Sequence record: DRR723986_4825
Strand: one strand, 5' to 3'
DNA: 34,666 bases
Position numbers and translations under genes: made by a program. This document shows, in pieces, positions 17,113 to 26,343 of the stretch; position 1 is the first letter of the stretch; each line of letters starts with the position of its first letter. The notes beneath the pieces are model-generated. The model was not told the DNA's origin. It worked only from the letters and a program-made list of their open reading frames with translations, and made no database searches.

Positions 17113-18909
17113 TTAGAAGCCGGGCGAGTACCAGATAGGAGACCCCCAGGCGCGTTCCTGAATGACTGCTGGAACATCTTCGAGAAGCGGCAAGCCGGCT
17201 CGAACCGCATCGTAGGTCGACCAGCGAGGCGTGGGAATCTCCAGAGCACGGGCGTAGTAGTAGGCCCCTTCCTGAGGATCAAAATCCTCATCGGTCCAGC
17301 TTCCGATCAGGGTCGAAGCGCCGATATCGTTGGTGTACAGGGCTGTGGCCAGATCCACGGTATTCCCAACTGGCGCCAGTTTACCTGTATTCGGATCGAT
17401 GGCCCGGCCTTCTGACCAGATCACATCAACAATTTTTTCGTTTGTATCACCAAACTTATCCACCCAGCCCTTGACGATCTGGATGCGGTCAAGATTGGCG
17501 CCCAATGCGTCCTTTTCGGCGTAAACCGTAAAGGTCGGCGCTGCCGAACCAGGTTCCAAGGTGCCACCCATGTGGGTACCGTTCAGATAGCCGTTCTCAG
17601 CCATGGCAATTGGATCTGACGGCGTGCTTAGCCCGATACCTCCGAACATACGCAGTTTGATACGCGGTCCCGAGGTTGCGTAGGTCTCGCGCCGCTTCAT
17701 GGCATCCCAGATTGCTGCCCTTGTATTTTCCTCGGCCCAAACCGCGGCGAGTGAACCGATGGACAAGTCCTTGCCGTCGATCCAACCCAGCACATCGCCG
17801 GTGCGACGGCGCTCCACCGTACCGTCCTCTGGTCCGTGTGCCCCTGTGAACTGATCTTCGGCCACAGCGGACATCAATCCATTGTGGTTGTCGGTGCCGC
17901 CGATAAATCCGTACTTGAAGGGGTTCGTTCCCAAGGCAAATTCGTACCCAATCCCTTCGGTCAGTCCGCCACGGACAAAGTCCTTTTTGTGGAAAACCCG
18001 ACCTGAGTTCTTTTGGATCGAGTCTGCATTTTCAAAGTTCGCAAATTCATCAGCTGTCCAGAACTTGCGATGGACTTCGGAACTACCTTTGACCTGCAAC
18101 ATTTCGATCAGAGGCTCGAAATGTGCCCTTGTGCGGGCATAATCCAAGGTCAACGGGCCACCATCACTGGTCGTATCCGGGAACATGCGTCCTTTGGAGG
18201 CGTTAGAGTTGTGAGGGATGGCGAGAAGGTGGCGACCTTCGGCCTCCTGAGAGCGCATCCATTCCCACAGGCCCTCTTCGGTGTTCACGTCGATGTAGCT
18301 GACCACAGATTTCGGAACGTTGTGGTCGCGGAAAATGACGTTGCGGTGCAGGTTCGCCCCGTTCGGGGCCCCCGACCATTCAAAAGCAACAAATGCCGTA
18401 AACTCGCCGGGCTTGTTTGCATCCTCGGCGGCTTGAACAATAACTTCCCAGGCGCTTTGGGCCGTTGCGGGACCAGCAAAGAATGGCGGATGTTGCGGCG
18501 TTGTCGACCGATTTGACGAGATCACATACTTGAAGAACCAGTTCTGCCGATCCTCGATATTGGTCATGGACCGGAGTTCTTCGAGGTCCTTGTCGTCGTG
18601 ACCTGGCGCATCCGGGTACATGGTCGAATACATCTCGCCAATGTATTCCGCATGATCTGTCACAGCTGCGAAATCCAACGGTCTTTTGTGCTGCATTACG
18701 GTGCCGTCGGGCAAGGTAACCGGTTTGCCTTGGGCAAACTCCAACGCATCAGCAGGCATCAGGCGTGCACCGCCGATGTAAGCATCCAGAGAAAATGCCG
18801 TGTGCATATGAGTTTCGCCGAAATACAAGTTGCGCAATGGGTTAGGATCGGCCTGAACCTGAGAGGCAAGAACCCCAAGCGCTGCGCTCATTACCGCATT
18901 TTTCAGCAT
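17113..18909 (-). CDS. DUF3604 domain protein (PHP-like metallohydrolase)
   Basis: YFGETHMHT, AAVTDHAEY, NLHRNVIFR, IPHNSN, GGTDNH, ETYATSGPRI, QERAWGSPIWY; signal peptide from ATG 18909. Confidence 0.92.
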   Translation of the reverse strand: MLKNAVMSAALGVLASQVQADPNPLRNLYFGETHMHTAFSLDAYIGGARLMPADALEFAQGKPVTLPDGTVMQHKRPLDFAAVTDHAEYIGEMYSTMYPDAPGHDDKDLEELRSMTNIEDRQNWFFKYVISSNRSTTPQHPPFFAGPATAQSAWEVIVQAAEDANKPGEFTAFVAFEWSGAPNGANLHRNVIFRDHNVPKSVVSYIDVNTEEGLWEWMRSQEAEGRHLLAIPHNSNASKGRMFPDTTSDGGPLTLDYARTRAHFEPLIEMLQVKGSSEVHRKFWTADEFANFENADSIQKNSGRVFHKKDFVRGGLTEGIGYEFALGTNPFKYGFIGGTDNHNGLMSAVAEDQFTGAHGPEDGTVERRRTGDVLGWIDGKDLSIGSLAAVWAEENTRAAIWDAMKRRETYATSGPRIKLRMFGGIGLSTPSDPIAMAENGYLNGTHMGGTLEPGSAAPTFTVYAEKDALGANLDRIQIVKGWVDKFGDTNEKIVDVIWSEGRAIDPNTGKLAPVGNTVDLATALYTNDIGASTLIGSWTDEDFDPQEGAYYYARALEIPTPRWSTYDAVRAGLPLLEDVPAVIQERAWGSPIWYSPGF

Positions 18910-18914
18910 TGTCG

Positions 18915-20831
18915 TTACCCTTTCGGTGAATACCAGATTGGAGATGTATAGGCGCGTTCTTGCGTTATGGTTTCGATCTCTTTTGGTAGGTCTATGCCGA
19001 AACGCACCGCATCGTATGCAGGCCATCGCGGGGTCGGAATTTCGATCACCCGAGCATAATAGAATGCGTGCATCGACGGATCAAATTCCGGATCCGTCCA
19101 TACCGTGGCAAGTTCTGCCTTGCCGATATCGTTGGTCCAACTTGGCACGCTCAGATCGACCGTGTTGCCAACCGGAGGTAACTTGCCATCATCGCCCGGC
19201 TGGCGATCACCAGCCCAAACCACGTCATACACCTGTTCGTAAGTCTCGCCCCCTGCATCGACCCATCCCTTGATGATCTGAATCCGGTCGAGGTTCGCAC
19301 CGATAGGATCCCGCATGGCGGATACCAAAAAGGACGGAGCGATTGTTCGATCACTCAAATCACCGCCCATTGGGATGCCCCCTGAATAACCAGCGCGCGC
19401 TAGGTCGCGCTGCTTCAGATCATTGGCCGAAAAATCGCCACCAAAGAACCGAACGGTGATACGAGGACCGGTCGTGGCGTAGACCTCACGTCGTTCCATC
19501 GCGTCAAAAATGCCAGCTCTGGTGTTTGAGTTCGCCCAAACAGCGGTTGGGCCGGGCGTGGCGTATTGCCAACCTTTGTATCCGATATCGAGGTTCTTGT
19601 TCGCTTTAGCCTCGTTTGCGGCTCTGGTTTCGTTTGGTTCCATCCAAGTGAAGGCCCCAAAGAAATTATCGTCGTCCTGCGTGGTCAGGCCGGTATGGAT
19701 ATCCGAGCCGCCAACAACTCCCAGCTGGAACGGGTTTGTGCCTTGCTCTGCATTGAATTTCAGGCCGCTCTTAAGAACTTCGCGGACGTATTCCTGCGGC
19801 AGCATCTCTGGGGTCTTGGCGGCGGAAAGGTCCAGATTGCCCCAATCCCACAGCTCATAGTCGGCAAATTCGTCCGTCGGTGACAGAAGCGGATGCGCCT
19901 CGCTGGTTCCTTTGGTCTGATTTATCTCGACCAGTCTTTCCCAACGCGCGCGCGTTTCCAGATACTCTCGGTCAAAGGCCTTGCCGTCCCGGAACGTGTC
20001 ATTCAACGCAAACATAATGCCGTTGGAAAGGTTTGGATTGTGCGGGATAGCCAGAACATCACCGCCAGTTTTATCCTCGTAATTCTGCATCCATTTCCAC
20101 AGATCCCGCGGATCTGGACTGCCTTGAGGGGGCGCCATCAGGAATGGAACGACCTGCAACGCACGTTCTGGTCCGTCGCGAAAGATCACATTGCGATGCA
20201 AGTTGTTTCCCGCAACCAATGAGGTCCACTCATACGCAATCATTGCTGTGAAAACATGGGGGTCATTGAAGTCTTCGGCGGCCTGCACTAGGTCGCGCCA
20301 AGTATTGTCGTACCCCGGGCTTCCTGGTTGATACAGCAGTGCCTCGCTCAGCGTTCCCTGACTGAACTGGGCAATCAAATCAATACTGGCTTGCTTTGCC
20401 GCATCGCCTCCCTTGGCGAACTCTTCGTGAAATCTCTTACCCTGGGGATCCGCCATGATGTTCGGGGCGCCCCTTTGAATATCTGTGATGACCCCCATCC
20501 CATCCGTGTGCTCGGTCAGCATGTAGAAATCAAAGGGCCGAGACAGTTTGACGGGTAGCCCGGTATTTGAAGAAACCTGCTCTCCTCTGGCAAAGCGATA
20601 CATGTCGCGCGGCATCAGCGTTGTGCCGCCGCCTCCGGCATCGGCAGACAATGCGGAATGCACATGTGTGTCCCCAAAGAACACTTGGGTCGGGAAATCC
20701 CGATTTGCGTTTGGCGAGTAAGCCTGCCCGTCCACACCACCTGATGCGCCATCGGTTGAAGTGGTGTCCTGTGCATTGGACGACGGGGTCCCAAATCCAA
20801 TTGCTAGCAAAATTGCAATCAAAGTTCGCAT
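18915..20831 (-). CDS. DUF3604 domain protein (PHP-like metallohydrolase)
   Basis: FFGDTHVHS, LTEHTD, NLHRNVIFR, IPHNPN, GGSDIH, EVYATTGPRI, QERAYTSPIWY; signal peptide; AGGAG RBS. Confidence 0.92.
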   Translation of the reverse strand: MRTLIAILLAIGFGTPSSNAQDTTSTDGASGGVDGQAYSPNANRDFPTQVFFGDTHVHSALSADAGGGGTTLMPRDMYRFARGEQVSSNTGLPVKLSRPFDFYMLTEHTDGMGVITDIQRGAPNIMADPQGKRFHEEFAKGGDAAKQASIDLIAQFSQGTLSEALLYQPGSPGYDNTWRDLVQAAEDFNDPHVFTAMIAYEWTSLVAGNNLHRNVIFRDGPERALQVVPFLMAPPQGSPDPRDLWKWMQNYEDKTGGDVLAIPHNPNLSNGIMFALNDTFRDGKAFDREYLETRARWERLVEINQTKGTSEAHPLLSPTDEFADYELWDWGNLDLSAAKTPEMLPQEYVREVLKSGLKFNAEQGTNPFQLGVVGGSDIHTGLTTQDDDNFFGAFTWMEPNETRAANEAKANKNLDIGYKGWQYATPGPTAVWANSNTRAGIFDAMERREVYATTGPRITVRFFGGDFSANDLKQRDLARAGYSGGIPMGGDLSDRTIAPSFLVSAMRDPIGANLDRIQIIKGWVDAGGETYEQVYDVVWAGDRQPGDDGKLPPVGNTVDLSVPSWTNDIGKAELATVWTDPEFDPSMHAFYYARVIEIPTPRWPAYDAVRFGIDLPKEIETITQERAYTSPIWYSPKG

Positions 20832-20951
20832 TTCGACTCTCCTACATGGGCAACAATAGTTTCACGGTCTGGCTAATATTGTGCCTTCGGCCTGGTCCGG
20901 TTTCAAAACCGAATGTCGTGTCCGAGGTGCTGACCAACGCAAGCCCCGGCA

Positions 20952-21962
20952 TCAGAAAACAAATCCGAGTGTCATCCAAAATTTATCACTTTCGAAACGC
21001 CGCTGCGCTCCGAATTCTGAGATGTATTTAGCCTTGATCGAAACCGGTGTGTTACCAATTTTGGTGGACCAAGTCAGGATCGGTCCAAGCCCGTAGACTC
21101 TTGCCTCAAGGCTGTTGATTCCCAAAAGCGCCCTGGTTCCGTCAGCACCGGACCCACTGTCATCGCCGATTTGGTGATAGGCATAACCTGTTAGCCCAAG
21201 CCCCAGATGGTTTGGCAGGTGACGCATCACCGTCGCCTCCAGATGCGCCTCGGGGGCGGTGTTATAGTTGGTCGTGTCATTTTCGGCGCTAAAGGTTACG
21301 CCCAAAGCCCCCGAAACTTCCCAACCGGTCTTTGGGTCGAACCACGTCATGGCGATTGTCGGATCGAACGCAAAGCGGTTCTTACCCGCATTCAGAGCGT
21401 CAACGGTTCGATTTGCGACGTCGACTTGGGCAGATTGATAGTGACCTGTTGGCAAAAAGAACTGTAGCGCCAGCGTGGTGTGCAGCTTGCCCTGTTCCCA
21501 GTTGAACAAAGGTGTCACTGTGATGTCCCCAAGGGCGCTTTCACCAGTATCCGTCAATGTTCCGGAAAAACCTGAGCTGAGCTCTCCCGAGTAGTTGCCG
21601 TCGGCCGATACGTAGGGAACATTTACGTTGAGCCCAAGCCGGGCATTGCCCCAGTGCGCATCAAATACATGGGTAAAGTTAAGTTTGTAAGTGAACACGT
21701 CGACTTCCGGATCGGTGACGACGACACCACCGGCTGAAAAACTAGGTGCCCTGCCACTGAAGAAGACAAAGTCGTTGTTCCAGTAGTTCCCTGGTGGCGG
21801 GAGCACACCTGCCATACTGTCCCGACTTCCAAGCAGGTAGGTTTCGATACCCCCTTCTAAAGCAACGACATTTTCAGGAACCGCAATGGAAGTGAAAGCA
21901 GTGAGCACCAAAACAGTCTTGAACCTGACCAGCACCAACTTGCTGTCCGTAAAAAATAACAT
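20952..21962 (-). CDS. SphA / MetA-pathway-of-phenol-degradation family outer-membrane beta-barrel
   Basis: YLLGS..MAGVLPPPG.Y, LGDITVTP, PTGHY, GYAYHQIGDDSG, GLGP motifs; C-terminal Phe; start uncertain (21962, 21971 or 22064). Confidence 0.85.
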   Translation of the reverse strand: MLFFTDSKLVLVRFKTVLVLTAFTSIAVPENVVALEGGIETYLLGSRDSMAGVLPPPGNYWNNDFVFFSGRAPSFSAGGVVVTDPEVDVFTYKLNFTHVFDAHWGNARLGLNVNVPYVSADGNYSGELSSGFSGTLTDTGESALGDITVTPLFNWEQGKLHTTLALQFFLPTGHYQSAQVDVANRTVDALNAGKNRFAFDPTIAMTWFDPKTGWEVSGALGVTFSAENDTTNYNTAPEAHLEATVMRHLPNHLGLGLTGYAYHQIGDDSGSGADGTRALLGINSLEARVYGLGPILTWSTKIGNTPVSIKAKYISEFGAQRRFESDKFWMTLGFVF

Positions 21963-22143
21963 ATCACGCATCCTAAATGCACTAATCCGAGTAGAATGAT
22001 CGAAATACTTCACTCGATCAACCGAAACGTCTGTCTTGTGGGGGCAACTGCCGAGAATTGTCATGTCGACAAACTGCTATCGGTGGCCACACGCCATGCG
22101 GTGGTAGATTGCCGCAGAGCGGACCTTGGCGTTAGGTGCTGCG

Positions 22144-22300
22144 AATGGCTCTTTTCCGCCCTTCCTGCATGAGCGCGCCGGTTGCCCTGATGTTAGGCGA
22201 TGGGTCCGCTTTGGGCTGCCTGCAGCCATCCACTGGGGATGGCCGCTTTGCGCAGATTGCGACCTTTGCAAAGCGAGAGCGGATATCCGAAAGCTGCCGT
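22144..22300 (+). repeat. Composite intergenic repeat (three palindromic units)
   Basis: Units with spacers CCGCCC, GGGCTG (22201-22230) and GCGCAG (22238-22267); parallels 11670-11840. Confidence 0.85.
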
Positions 22301-22476
22301 ACACATGAACGCTGCGCACAGTGGTTTGGACCTCGGCCTGTGAGTTTCTTTTTGGTGCTGTATGCGCTCGCCAAATGGAAACCGCCGCAATTGGAAAACA
22401 GTATACTGCAACGCAGAGGAAAAACCGGACATACATCGCGGGTGTAGGGAAGGCTTGTGCAGTGGATGACTGCGGA

Positions 22477-22503
22477 TTTTCCACTATTGGTAATTGTGGA
22501 AAA
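22477..22503. repeat. TTTTCCAC-N11-GTGGAAAA palindrome
   Basis: Near-identical arms recur at 25253-25279. Confidence 0.7.
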
Positions 22504-22852
22504 TATGGAACGATCAGAGTGGTAAGAACCGAGAGCCGACCGTCGTGCCCAGCGCGGCTAACGGCGGTAGAGAGCGTATACCGGGCCTGTCAAATTCGTG
22601 CTGCGAGCGCAGCGCAAATATTTTTGCACATCAACAGTACTTCGTGCCGCAAAGCGGTCGGGAAACCGGTTATTCTTGCAACGTTCAAAAACCTTGAGAC
22701 CACGAACTTACAGATCGCGGAGATAGTGTTGAAGAAGTCGCCGATTAGGTGCCTGCTGGATGGAGGAGTGTCTTTGTTGATGCCGGTTTATGGGGCATCA
22801 ACGCCATCAACAAAGACTTGCTGCAGAGTGAAGTTGCGAATGCCCGCATTAC

Positions 22853-24091
22853 CTATCCTGATTGCCTTCCCGAGATTTCCGATGTTTCTGAAAATGCCTT
22901 GGATTGCGGTGAATCTGTCCACGTCACCACTAGTAGGGTAGCAACACTTGTTGAGAAAACACCGAACAAAAGTGGGAAAACTGTCAAGTCAAACGCTGCG
23001 CCAATTAATGAGCCAACAACCAAGCCCAACAGTCCTTTTATGAAGCTGATGACAGCGCTAGCCACACCTGCGATATGTCCAAGTGGATGCATAGCGATAG
23101 CATTCATATTGCCAAACATAAGACCGAGGCAAAAGAGGATACCGGCCTGCGCTACGAGAAAGCCAGTCAAGGAAAGCGAACCTAGCAATTCGCCCAACAA
23201 AGCTATGATGCTCACCGCAATTGTGGCCATTAAAGCGACCCGACAGATTTTCTGTGTCCCAAAACGTTCTACTATCCGAGCATTCACAAGACTTGACAGG
23301 CCAATGGAGAGTGCAAGTATTGCGAAGTAGATCGCAAAGAGATCACCCGTCTGATAAGTTTGATGAAAAATTTGCTCAGCCGACAACAGATATCCGACAA
23401 AGCCACCCTGAACCAGTCCGAGTGAGATGGTATACCCTAACACCGTTCTGTTAGAGCAGGTTTCACGCACGCCTGCCCACACACTTTTGAGTCCCGCAGG
23501 TGCACGATGTGCGGGGTCAAGTGTTTCCGGCTGGCGAATCCAGAACCACACCGCCAAAACCCCTGACATGGTTAGAAGAACCCAAAAAATTGCACGCCAG
23601 TCAGCAACTGCGAGAATACCTTGACCCAACAGGGGCGCGACACACGGCACAAGAATAAAGATCGACATTGCGAGCGACATTATTCTTGCCATCGACGCGC
23701 CCTCATATTTGTCTCGAATGATTGCGACAGCCACGATCCGCATCGCCGCCACGCCGAAACCTTGCACCAACCGTCCCGCCAGAAGAGTTGAGAAGTCACT
23801 AGCAAAAGCTGACACCAAACTGCCGACCATGAAGACAAAAATGCCCATTGCCAGGGCGGGTTTGCGCCCTAGGCGATCAGCAATCGGTCCAAAGAAGAGC
23901 TGACCAACGGTCAGTCCTAAGAACAGGAATGAGACGACTTGCTGAATTCCGTTACCTTTGGTCTCATCGAGGCTTTCCGCAATGAGTGGTAGAGCTGGAA
24001 GAATTGTATCGATGGATAAAGCAACGAGGGACATAGCAAACGCCATGAGCACTATGAATTCGCGCTCGCGCATCTTGGGTTTCTGGGTCAC
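22853..24091 (-). CDS. Bcr/CflA family MFS drug-resistance transporter
   Basis: LSIDTILPALP, GPIADRLGRKP (MFS motif A), GRLVQGFG, AIIRDKY, PETL; ~12 TM; GTG start after AAGGA. Confidence 0.93.
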   Translation of the reverse strand: MTQKPKMREREFIVLMAFAMSLVALSIDTILPALPLIAESLDETKGNGIQQVVSFLFLGLTVGQLFFGPIADRLGRKPALAMGIFVFMVGSLVSAFASDFSTLLAGRLVQGFGVAAMRIVAVAIIRDKYEGASMARIMSLAMSIFILVPCVAPLLGQGILAVADWRAIFWVLLTMSGVLAVWFWIRQPETLDPAHRAPAGLKSVWAGVRETCSNRTVLGYTISLGLVQGGFVGYLLSAEQIFHQTYQTGDLFAIYFAILALSIGLSSLVNARIVERFGTQKICRVALMATIAVSIIALLGELLGSLSLTGFLVAQAGILFCLGLMFGNMNAIAMHPLGHIAGVASAVISFIKGLLGLVVGSLIGAAFDLTVFPLLFGVFSTSVATLLVVTWTDSPQSKAFSETSEISGRQSG

Positions 24092-24191
24092 GGCTCACAT
24101 TCCTTAAAAAACCTGACCGATTCAGTCGGCCTTGACACTGTACTAGAACGTTGCAAATATATAAAAAAGAAGCATGTTGTTGATATGTTGT

Positions 24192-25097
24192 ATGTCGAAA
24201 TTTAATATATCAAATGTTGATGTAAAACTCCTCTCAATCTTTTGTGCGGTGTACGAAGAAGGTTCAATTTCACGCGCTGCGGAACGATTGAATTTGAGCC
24301 AGCCTCTTGTGAGCCACGCATTGGATCGCTTGCGCCTCGCTTTCAAAGATCCGCTGTTCGTACGTGCTGGACGTTCGATTGCCCCAACTGATAGAGCGCG
24401 GTTCCTTGCGCCAGAAATATCTGAACTGGTTCAAAGGCTGATTGGGCTGTCGGAACCTGAGACGCTCAATCTCAATGAGATTGAAACTCGATTTTGCTTG
24501 TCAGCAAATGACTTCGAGCGTCAATTGTTGGCCCCCAAGGTTTCGACCGAGCTCTTTCAGAGAGCCCCTCATGCATCGCTGCGTCTGATGGACACCAAGG
24601 ATACATTTGTTGAAAGCTTGAGGGCCAGAGAATACGATGTGGTGGTCACTCCGTTGGCACTACCAGATTACATGGACATTCACAGTTCGGCGCTTTTTGA
24701 AGACAATGTTCAGTGTTTCTTTGACAGCTCGATGCTCCATGCCGACGAAGTTCTATCCTGTTATGGCGAACTCGATCACGCTGAAGTTGATTTCGGTAGG
24801 ACCAAATCAAGGGTTATTGACCCGGCGTTGCTGCAACATGGGATTGTTCGTAAAATCAAGCTTGCGGCACCTAGCTTCGAGGCCTTGCCACCCCTACTGC
24901 AAGGAACGCGAATGGTTGCAACGCTACCTTCCCGTCTGAAATACGGTCTGTTCGCCGACTTTGAATGTGTGCCATTGCCATTCCCAACCGCAACATTCAC
25001 CTTTAATATGGTCTGGCACAAGGCGACACATTTGTCGGCAGCGCACCAATGGTTTCGGTCATTGGTCCGCGCGGCGGTACGAAATAAGGAAAACTGA
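24192..25097 (+). CDS. LysR family transcriptional regulator
   Basis: DVKLLSIF..EEGSISRAAERLNLSQPLVSHALDRLR..DPLFVR HTH; C-terminal WH...AHQWFR; divergent from the MFS gene. Confidence 0.95.
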   Translation: MSKFNISNVDVKLLSIFCAVYEEGSISRAAERLNLSQPLVSHALDRLRLAFKDPLFVRAGRSIAPTDRARFLAPEISELVQRLIGLSEPETLNLNEIETRFCLSANDFERQLLAPKVSTELFQRAPHASLRLMDTKDTFVESLRAREYDVVVTPLALPDYMDIHSSALFEDNVQCFFDSSMLHADEVLSCYGELDHAEVDFGRTKSRVIDPALLQHGIVRKIKLAAPSFEALPPLLQGTRMVATLPSRLKYGLFADFECVPLPFPTATFTFNMVWHKATHLSAAHQWFRSLVRAAVRNKEN

Positions 25098-25252
25098 GCA
25101 GCCTGGCAATCAGATGTTTCAGTCGAAAATGATGCCTTTAAACTAACTGAATATGTAAACAGGTGCTTGGTTCAGCGGCGAAATCAACCAAAATTCTCAA
25201 AGATCCACACTGTGTGAGTTCATGCGCTGCGCAGCAAAGGTTGGCACTACCA

Positions 25253-25279
25253 TTTTCCACTATCGGCCGTAGTGGAAAG
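25253..25279. repeat. TTTTCCAC-N11-GTGGAAAG palindrome
   Basis: TTTCCACTA/TAGTGGAAA perfect arms; extra half-site TTTTCCAC at 25361; matches 22477-22503. Confidence 0.7.
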
Positions 25280-25565
25280 TTTTGCGTTTCTAGCCCTTTG
25301 AAATCCAACCGTTTTCGCAATAAAAACAATGGCCGGCGGTTTCGAGGTATTGGCCTCCGGTTTTCCACTTTCAAACTACCATACGGGTGGGCATCAGAAT
25401 GACTGGTCAAGGGAAATCATGCTAAAGCCGAGCAACTGTTGCTGCAGATGCAAGTGTTCTCAGCATCAACAATAGTCGAACAAGCAAGAGGCTGCATAGT
25501 CCGCGTGGCAGACGACTAACACAGTCGTGCGAGTGTCCGCTTCCAGAATTACTGGACAAGAAGGA

Positions 25566-25635
25566 GAGGGCGGCTTCGGGTTGGCTCCGGTCATCAGCGC
25601 TAAACGAAGCGCAAGGCAGCTCCGAGCCCATCTTT
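25566..25635 (+). repeat. Degenerate copies of the ~30-bp palindromic repeat
   Basis: GAGGGCGGC-TTC-GGGTTG-GCT-CCGGTCATC and CAAGGCAGC-TCC-GAGCCC. Confidence 0.55.
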
Positions 25636-25708
25636 CCGGATGCTGCGGAGTTGATAAACGTCTGTTACAGCAACATTATGTTCGTCAGCATTAGGCGCTC
25701 ATTCATTC

Positions 25709-26257
25709 TCAGTCGCGCGTTTCCATCACAACGATCATTTGTGTGCCGGGCACCAAGGATTCGTAAATATGCGACCGGTCGGCAGGATAACGGTAGTAAT
25801 CTCCGACGTTCAGAATCTCTTCGGCCCCAAGCGGTCCAACTCTGGCTTGACCGACGCAGAGGACGGCATGTTCAAAGGTTCCGACCGGGTGAGGGGCCGA
25901 GCGACGCACGGTGCCAGGTTCAAGATCCACGCGGTAAAGGTCGCGACGCGTACCCGAGGAACAATTTGCCAACAGCGTTGTCTGATAACTTGCATGATCT
26001 GATCCTACGGTATCGCCTTCACCAGCTCGTATAAGGCTGACATCAGGCTTGCTGACCTCAAACAACGTAGAAAATGTGACCTCTAACGCGGCGGCGATGG
26101 CCCAGAGAGTTTCAATGCTTGGATTTCCCTTGCCGGATTCCAACTGGGACAGAGTAGATTTTGCCAACCCTGCCTTCGCCGCCAATGCCGAAAGGCTAAG
26201 GCCCTTGCGATTTCGTTCTCTTTGAATTGCGTTGGCAATTAGATCGTTTGGGGTCAT
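25709..26257 (-). CDS. XRE-family HTH regulator with C-terminal cupin
   Basis: GLSLSALAAKAGLAKSTLSQLESGKGNPSIETLW; cupin PHPVGTFEH...GDYYRYPADRSHIY. Confidence 0.94.
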   Translation of the reverse strand: MTPNDLIANAIQRERNRKGLSLSALAAKAGLAKSTLSQLESGKGNPSIETLWAIAAALEVTFSTLFEVSKPDVSLIRAGEGDTVGSDHASYQTTLLANCSSGTRRDLYRVDLEPGTVRRSAPHPVGTFEHAVLCVGQARVGPLGAEEILNVGDYYRYPADRSHIYESLVPGTQMIVVMETRD

Positions 26258-26259
26258 TG

Positions 26260-26326
26260 ATTCACCATAGAGAACGGTTGTATTTTTTATCGAACGATAA
26301 TAGGTTCGCTACAGTGAACATTGTTC
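26260..26326. promoter_or_regulatory. Putative XRE operator array in the divergent promoter
   Basis: GTTC-N8-GAAC at 26304-26319; degenerate copies ending at 26275 and 26295; extra GTTC at 26323. Confidence 0.55.
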
Positions 26327-26343
26327 GACATAAAAGGTCAATC

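Noticed and set aside
8104-22300. Repeats as a CRISPR array
   Set aside because: Copies are degenerate, kilobases apart and lack regular spacers; no cas genes in the window
22077-22941. ORFs 22077-22484 (-) and 22321-22941 (+)
   Set aside because: Run through the repeat cluster, no recognisable motif or RBS; likely spurious
1616-25635. Repeats as classical integron attC sites
   Set aside because: No consistent RYYYAAC/GTTRRRY ends, modules are multi-gene with their own promoters and mixed orientation, and no intI is present
26272-26326. GAAC/GTTC motifs as an alphaproteobacterial LexA box
   Set aside because: Spacing does not fit GTTC-N7-GTTC; better explained as the local XRE operator
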